Shown in pieces: positions 23,401 to 24,309 of a stretch of DNA of 24,309 nt (position 1 is the first letter of the stretch; each line of letters opens with the position of its first letter). The notes under the pieces were generated by a model. That model searched no databases. It was not told the DNA's origin and saw nothing but the letters and a program-made list of their open reading frames with translations. Source of the stretch: a virus (taxonomy: Duplodnaviria; Caudoviricetes); IMG/VR virus record IMGVR_UViG_3300017589_000258, positions 1 through 24,309 of that record; one strand, given 5' to 3'. A program made the translations under genes and the position numbers.

Positions 23401-24309
23401 GTCGGCGGTGGCATGGCAAACTTTTTCAACCCGTCGAACGTTGAAAAGTCTGCGAAATCACTGACCAGCCCAAGCAAGCCGTCAAATCTCCTGCAATATG
23501 CAAAACTGGTTGGTTCAAAAGTCAACAGCGGTATTGAGAATTTTAACAACATGACGGAATCAACTCCACGCCTTGCAGAATTTAACCGCGTATTTGAGCG
23601 CACCGGCGATGTGCAAAAAGCCCTTGATGCATCCAATAATGTCACGGTCAACTTTTCGCGCGGTGGCGATGTAACAAAGGCGATTGACCGCAATGGTGTG
23701 GCATACCTTAACGCTGGCGTTCAGGGCTTGGACAAGTTTGTGCGCAGCTTCTCCACCCCGCGCAAGGCGGTGGCAACACTGGCGAAAGCTGGCATTGCAA
23801 TCACACTTCCTGACCTTGTTTTGTATCTCATGAACAGGGACGATGAAAAGTACAAGGAATTGAGCAACTACATTAAAGACAATTATTACTGCATACCGCT
23901 TGGGAATGGAGAGTTTGCAAAGATACCCAAAGCGAGAGAATTTGGTGTGTTGTTTGGATCACTCTTTGAGCGCATACTCAGGGCGGCAAGCGGAGAGCAA
24001 GACGCATTTAAAGGCTTCGGCGATACTGTTGCAACTAGCTTTTCGCCTGCCAATCCCCTTACCGCCAACCTCCTTACTCCTGCTACCCGCAATATTGACC
24101 AAAACAAAACCTATTCCGGCGCGGCAATTGTGCCACAAAGTATGTTGCAGGATAACCGCTCACCGTATTTGCAATACGACGAAAAAACAAGCGAGCTGAC
24201 AAAGGCAATTGCGGCCTATGCAAATCAGGTCGGCGTTGACTTGTCGCCTAAAATTATGGATCACCTTATAAATTCGTACACTGGCGTTATTGGCGACTTT
24301 CTGCTTCCC
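20434..24309 (+). CDS. large internal virion / ejection protein with LPD38-like C-terminal region (3' partial)
   Basis: GGGAGG RBS, ATG 20434, open for 1292 codons to the window end; Gly/Ala hydrophobic helices, coiled coil, then NPFF..RN..RD, E...RLAEF, VTVNFSRGG, YLNAGVQGLDK, IPK.RE.G and SP...DHL..SYTG motifs. Confidence 0.85.
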   Translation, partial: MATLKGSARLNALATTPKEAATSGINRLQALSTPATSLPLRGSAARSSADSPIVPLSASNPWRNTTTASLPTPPKATEPPKIADPVKSAGLAIGGGVKSAVGGSFNALETLSNLLTNKASKSTGVSEDKLSQVSRGLRGIPTEQAKVTTLPSGGELINSAALDTAKAKENTGKVGSFVVDALSGGANMATGFGLSALTGIPFVAAMGIQAGGSSAFNAKEQGKTIEQQALYGLTSGLAEAAIESIGGIGASTALKAAAGKGVSALISKLSPQLVTAIGNLGASTIGKILGSAASEGAEEAISYDVDRFLQGLILQNDVPRDIKDQAYQALVGGALGGVFGGVQVVGQNTAQVTPPQTAQNAPQVPQATALESTPVEQTNVTAAQAVAQEAPPAQDVYASSVSEQDNAIATLEKSLETERALFRNLYAEYKSTDIESRRPELLAEAQAQRGKIAQAEKALQQAQEALAQFKSDNANAEKSKAGIAKITDIMANFQDRFISESALAEIEKVGEMSAEVSALRKAYNKAISLQTGVNRLVAQLQSSESLLESASIQAKLDKANAQLDKAAQDLQTAQSKVANYSDVTQTVSAPQKPSPAPKALFDVARENGQQAPLPAMANTVVMDSPQKQGNLKGTLENAYTRTVDAQYPIARYAKVAQDGTDILASNTKNAGGTVNYIFTDALVDKQGNKIGSSLQEVVSAIPQDQQTEFWNYMVQRQNIDRAREGKNAVPDFTPEMSTRYVAETESVNPAWKATGDSLVSWIDAFNQEWGVGSGIINADLYKSLRDTYKSYFPLQREFDEIEGSIPRDISKQFVDSSTPIKKATGSSRDINNPVENIMNMVNNTVKIARYNAVGQNILNSVRANPDALVKYAEIIDGDAAKLSKTDDIVTVLENGEKVYLKINDIDLLKSLKGLPKTTISIPVMSQATNLFKSLITQKNPFFAARNVARDVPTAYIYGSEPNPVKYAAGLGGAVKDIATNSENYQRYKAVGGGMANFFNPSNVEKSAKSLTSPSKPSNLLQYAKLVGSKVNSGIENFNNMTESTPRLAEFNRVFERTGDVQKALDASNNVTVNFSRGGDVTKAIDRNGVAYLNAGVQGLDKFVRSFSTPRKAVATLAKAGIAITLPDLVLYLMNRDDEKYKELSNYIKDNYYCIPLGNGEFAKIPKAREFGVLFGSLFERILRAASGEQDAFKGFGDTVATSFSPANPLTANLLTPATRNIDQNKTYSGAAIVPQSMLQDNRSPYLQYDEKTSELTKAIAAYANQVGVDLSPKIMDHLINSYTGVIGDFLLP

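Noticed and set aside
20400-24199. Many short ORFs on both strands in the ORF track
   Set aside because: They are shadows of the single long + strand frame starting at 20434; the same applies to antisense ORFs across the structural operon.

Overview
The window is the packaging and morphogenesis half of a tailed dsDNA phage or prophage with podovirus-like (P22/T7-type) gene order. Strong GGAGG/GGAGGTG ribosome-binding sites and an Amidase_3 lysin suggest a Firmicutes (Clostridia-like) host; this is inference. From left to right: a leftward operon of four small ORFs facing a ribbon-helix-helix regulator across three palindromic operators; terS; a non-coding and accessory island (G-rich tract, tRNA-Thr(UGU), metallophosphoesterase); terL, portal, scaffold, major capsid and decoration proteins; tail adaptor, tail nozzle, a short fibre and a lysis cassette; then probable ejection proteins, including a >1290-codon LPD38-type ORF that runs off the window and is absent from the ORF track. 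The most striking observation is that the nozzle (tail tubular B / P22 gp10-like) gene appears cut in two by a ~2 kb cassette. The first 94 aa remain a separate gene, and the rest is fused behind a putative adhesin domain and a 7x18-aa stalk. Family assignments come from motif recognition and synteny only; no searches were run.
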